From a virus (taxonomy: Duplodnaviria > Caudoviricetes), in the IMG/VR virus record IMGVR_UViG_3300033516_000067, positions 1 through 27,174 of that record: a DNA stretch of 27,174 bases, one strand, 5' to 3'. The notes below the pieces were generated by a model, which made no database searches, was not told where the DNA came from, and was given only the letters and a program-made list of their open reading frames with translations. A program made the translations under genes and the position numbers. Positions 24,626 through 27,174 of this stretch are shown piece by piece (position 1 is the first letter of the stretch; each line of letters begins with the position of its first letter).

Positions 24626-25717
24626 ATGCCCATTGACAACCGCACCGCAAATCTGGAACTGCCGCTTCCGGACCAGTCGAACAGTTTGATCGATGATGTT
24701 CTTCGGCTCATCACATCGCTGCAGTTGATAGATGCGGCTGTCGCTGGCAAAGTGACGCAGGCCGATGTTGATGCGGCTGTCGCTGCACTGGTTGATTCGT
24801 CGCCTGCTGCTCTAAATACTCTCAAAGAGCTATCGACAGCACTTGGGAATGATGCCAACTTTGCAACAACACTGACAACGGCATTGGCTCTAAAAGCGCC
24901 TATTGCCAGCCCAACATTCACAGGCACGGTGAGCGGCATTACGGCGGCCATGGTCGGAGCGCCTGCGGGCTCTGGTACATCAACAGGCACAAACACTGGC
25001 GACCAGGATTTGTCTGGAAAGCAAGATTTGCTGGTGTCGGGCACCAGCATCAAGACCCTCAATGGGGAAAGTCTGCTTGGCAGCGGCGATATTGGCAGCG
25101 TCACTAGCGTCAACGGCATGACCGGCAACGTCGTACTCCCACCCGTCCAAACCATCGCCTACGACGCCCGCGCCACCCTACGCACCCAAACCCCCGCAGA
25201 CGGCGAGCAAGCCATCGTGGACGGCCTGGGCCTGTTTGTGTGGCAGCCAGGCAGCACCGAGCCCGACGACGACGAAAGTGCTTTTGCAACCGCCACAGGC
25301 GTCTGGCTGCTGGAGGCGGCGCATTGGGATTTGGTGGACAGTTGGCAGGCTCCTGATGATGATGTACGGGATGCGTTTGATGAAGATGAACCACTGCGCT
25401 TTGCCAGCAGCTTTGCCAGCAGCTTTGCCAGCAAGGTACTCACCGGCTCTGCCACTTGCGCCATCACCAGCGTCTCCGTTACCACCAGCACCAGCTTTAC
25501 CGGAACAGTAACAGGCGCAGCCATCGGCGACCGGGTGATTGCCACCCCGCCAAATCAATTAGGCAGCACGGCTGCTGACACCGGGCTCCTGAGCTACCAC
25601 GCATGGGTCAGCGCGGCAGACACCGTGACCATCATGCTCACCAACGCCAGCACAACCTCAGCCAACACCAACACCGCCATACGCACCGCATGGCCTATCA
25701 CCGTCATCAAACCCTAA
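24626..25717 (+). CDS. Tail fibre protein (mosaic)
   Basis: 363 aa; LVDSSPAALNTLKELSTALGNDANFATT..KAPIASPTFTG fibre repeat, GTNTGDQ, KQDLLVSGTSIKTLNGESLLGSGDI and VTSVNGMTGNVVL fibre-shaft modules. Confidence 0.85.
   Translation: MPIDNRTANLELPLPDQSNSLIDDVLRLITSLQLIDAAVAGKVTQADVDAAVAALVDSSPAALNTLKELSTALGNDANFATTLTTALALKAPIASPTFTGTVSGITAAMVGAPAGSGTSTGTNTGDQDLSGKQDLLVSGTSIKTLNGESLLGSGDIGSVTSVNGMTGNVVLPPVQTIAYDARATLRTQTPADGEQAIVDGLGLFVWQPGSTEPDDDESAFATATGVWLLEAAHWDLVDSWQAPDDDVRDAFDEDEPLRFASSFASSFASKVLTGSATCAITSVSVTTSTSFTGTVTGAAIGDRVIATPPNQLGSTAADTGLLSYHAWVSAADTVTIMLTNASTTSANTNTAIRTAWPITVIKP
25398..25433 (+). repeat. 3 perfect copies of 12-bp GCTTTGCCAGCA (FASS repeats)
   Basis: Seen directly; frame-preserving. 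Confidence 0.95.
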
Positions 25718-25729
25718 AGGACACACATC

Positions 25730-26704
25730 ATGCCAATGGTAAGAGCCATGCGTATGCTTAACGCAATCGAAGCCGGGGCACTCTCCGGCGCACAACTAGA
25801 GACACTGATAACCACCGACCCAGGACGGTTGGCGGAATTGAATGTGTTGCTTGGGATGCGGGGGCAGGCGCGGAGACTGGCCGCATCAGATAACGCTACC
25901 AAAGCATTGTGGGAAAGCCCAACCGCCTTAACCCGTGCTCTTATTGTGCCTGTAGCGCACGCTGCGCTGACGGCAGATGAAGAAGCGTTTACACGCACTG
26001 CGCTAACTGCCAACATGACAGCCGTGGCCGCATCCAGCACTGCACGCGCAGCAATCATCGCATCGCCAACGGCAACAGCAGCGGTTGAAGCCAGCCCTAA
26101 CGGATTGGTTGCATGGGTCACAGTACCCGCGGGCTTGACGCCCACTGCTTACGCCAACATGACAGCCGTGATCGCCTCCAGCACCGCAATGGCTGCCGTG
26201 GCCGCCTCCAGCACCGCAATGGCTGCCGTGGCCGCCTCCAGCACAGCAATGGCCGCCGTGATCGCCTCCAGCACAGCAATGGCCGCCGTGATCGCCTCCA
26301 GCACAGCCAAGATGGCGGTTTTCAACTCCGACACGGCGCTCGACGCGATTGCCGCCAGTGAGACCGCGCTGGGCTCGATGCGCGCCGCCGCTCAATACGC
26401 TGTCCTTGCTTCCAACAGCAACCCAGGAAACGAAGGCAGGACGCTGGCTGGCACTGTGCCAACAGCCTCGTACATCGTGCTGGGTGTCAGTACCAGCGAC
26501 GGCAGTACAGGCTCGACGATGACGGTCGCCACTCTGCGCCCCGGAAGCACCCGACAAAATACCAACGTCACCGCTGCGGGCAACGTAAGTTTGGCAACAG
26601 CACTCGGCCCACTGGTGATGCCCATGGTGTCGCCATTCACGATTGTTTCCACTGACGGTGGCACTCAAATTGGCTATGTCGGCGCACTGCGCTGCGACGT
26701 TTAA
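25730..26704 (+). CDS. Tail-associated protein with ASSTAMAAV decapeptide repeats
   Basis: 324 aa; RBS AAGGA; located in the fibre cluster; Ala-rich 10-aa repeats followed by a beta-rich C-terminus. Confidence 0.7.
   Translation: MPMVRAMRMLNAIEAGALSGAQLETLITTDPGRLAELNVLLGMRGQARRLAASDNATKALWESPTALTRALIVPVAHAALTADEEAFTRTALTANMTAVAASSTARAAIIASPTATAAVEASPNGLVAWVTVPAGLTPTAYANMTAVIASSTAMAAVAASSTAMAAVAASSTAMAAVIASSTAMAAVIASSTAKMAVFNSDTALDAIAASETALGSMRAAAQYAVLASNSNPGNEGRTLAGTVPTASYIVLGVSTSDGSTGSTMTVATLRPGSTRQNTNVTAAGNVSLATALGPLVMPMVSPFTIVSTDGGTQIGYVGALRCDV
26159..26308 (+). repeat. 5 x 30-bp tandem repeat encoding M(T/A)AV(I/A)ASSTA
   Basis: Units start at 26159, 26189, 26219, 26249 and 26279; a dispersed copy starts at 26015. 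Confidence 0.95.
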
Positions 26705-26713
26705 AGGACAGCC

Positions 26714-27109
26714 ATGAAACTCATCATCCAGAACAACCGTATCGCCGGTACAGCCACCGACGCTTACACCGGGCCAGATGCCTACATTGACGCGCCCGCT
26801 GACTTTGACCTTGAGCGCATGGGTGACTATGTGGTGGATGGCGGCACGGTCAGCATCCCGTCGCCCGGCGTGCCGCAGTCAGTCACTATGCGCCAAGCCC
26901 GGCTAGCCCTGCACGCTGCTGGCCTGCTGACAAGCGTTGACGCTGCCATTGCAGCCATGGATGAACCCGACAAAACAGCAGCAAGCATCACATGGGAGTT
27001 TGCCCAAACCGTAGATCGTGGCTTTGGAATGGTGCCCCAGCTTGCGGCAGCGCTGGGCATGACCGAGACGCAGATAGACGATCTGTTTATTGCTGCTGCA
27101 AAACTTTAG
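26714..27109 (+). CDS. Tail fibre-associated (assembly/chaperone-like) protein
   Basis: 131 aa; RBS AAGGA; VPQSVTMRQARLAL..ITWEFA..LGMTETQIDDLFIAAA is a pattern typical of genes following phage fibres. Confidence 0.72.
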   Translation: MKLIIQNNRIAGTATDAYTGPDAYIDAPADFDLERMGDYVVDGGTVSIPSPGVPQSVTMRQARLALHAAGLLTSVDAAIAAMDEPDKTAASITWEFAQTVDRGFGMVPQLAAALGMTETQIDDLFIAAAKL

Positions 27110-27119
27110 GAGCACCACC

Positions 27120-27167
27120 ATGAAACGAATCCTTGCCATCACCCTTGCGCTGCTGGCAGTGTCTTAA
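27120..27167 (+). other. 15-codon ORF MKRILAITLALLAVS (signal-peptide-like; truncated gene or sequence-end artefact)
   Basis: RBS AGGAG 27108-27112, ATG 27120, TAA 27165-27167, 7 bp from the window end. Confidence 0.4.
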
Positions 27168-27174
27168 TCATGGA

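Noticed and set aside
26159-26308. 30-bp repeats as a CRISPR array
   Set aside because: Contiguous, in-frame, no unique spacers and no cas genes.
239-26668. Long minus-strand ORFs (e.g. 239-1042, 5798-6550, 15815-16471, 24256-25155, 26003-26668)
   Set aside because: Antisense shadows of GC-rich or repetitive + strand genes, with no recognisable motifs.
24626-27109. Diversity-generating retroelement or invertible fibre cassette
   Set aside because: No reverse transcriptase, no TR/VR pair differing at adenines, no invertase or inverted fibre segments seen in the window.

Overview
One co-oriented (+ strand) virion-morphogenesis region of a contractile-tailed (myovirus-type) phage or prophage with a GC-rich, probably proteobacterial host. 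Order: 3' end of a pre-capsid gene, major capsid protein, tail terminator-like protein, sheath, tube, two-frame tail-assembly chaperone, tape measure protein with a C-terminal Zn-peptidase motif, hub, spike, adaptor, stopper, Rha regulator, neck protein, gpF/gp7-like head protein, tube-initiator-like protein with IPT/TIG and Pro-Thr linker, LysM-gp25 fusion, baseplate J and I-like, split DUF4815 pair, and tail fibre genes. Capsid, sheath, tube, neck and chaperone resemble my recollection of Herelleviridae (SPO1/Twort/K/A511) proteins, but the gene order is shuffled. Strongest unexplained signal: the octamer GTCGTGAC occurs 7 times, always at a gene boundary and always followed by N2-[N-A-N-N-N-T]. 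In 4 cases the ATG lies exactly 14 nt after the octamer with no Shine-Dalgarno, suggesting a dedicated late-promoter class producing leaderless mRNAs. In 3 cases the octamer's TGA is also the upstream gene's stop. One copy precedes a multi-hairpin RNA whose loops are complementary to the Rha start region. A probable +1 frameshift (TTT CGA) joins the chaperone ORFs. No terminase, portal, lysis, integrase, tRNA or CRISPR feature was recognised. All family calls are by-eye motif recognition; no database search was run.
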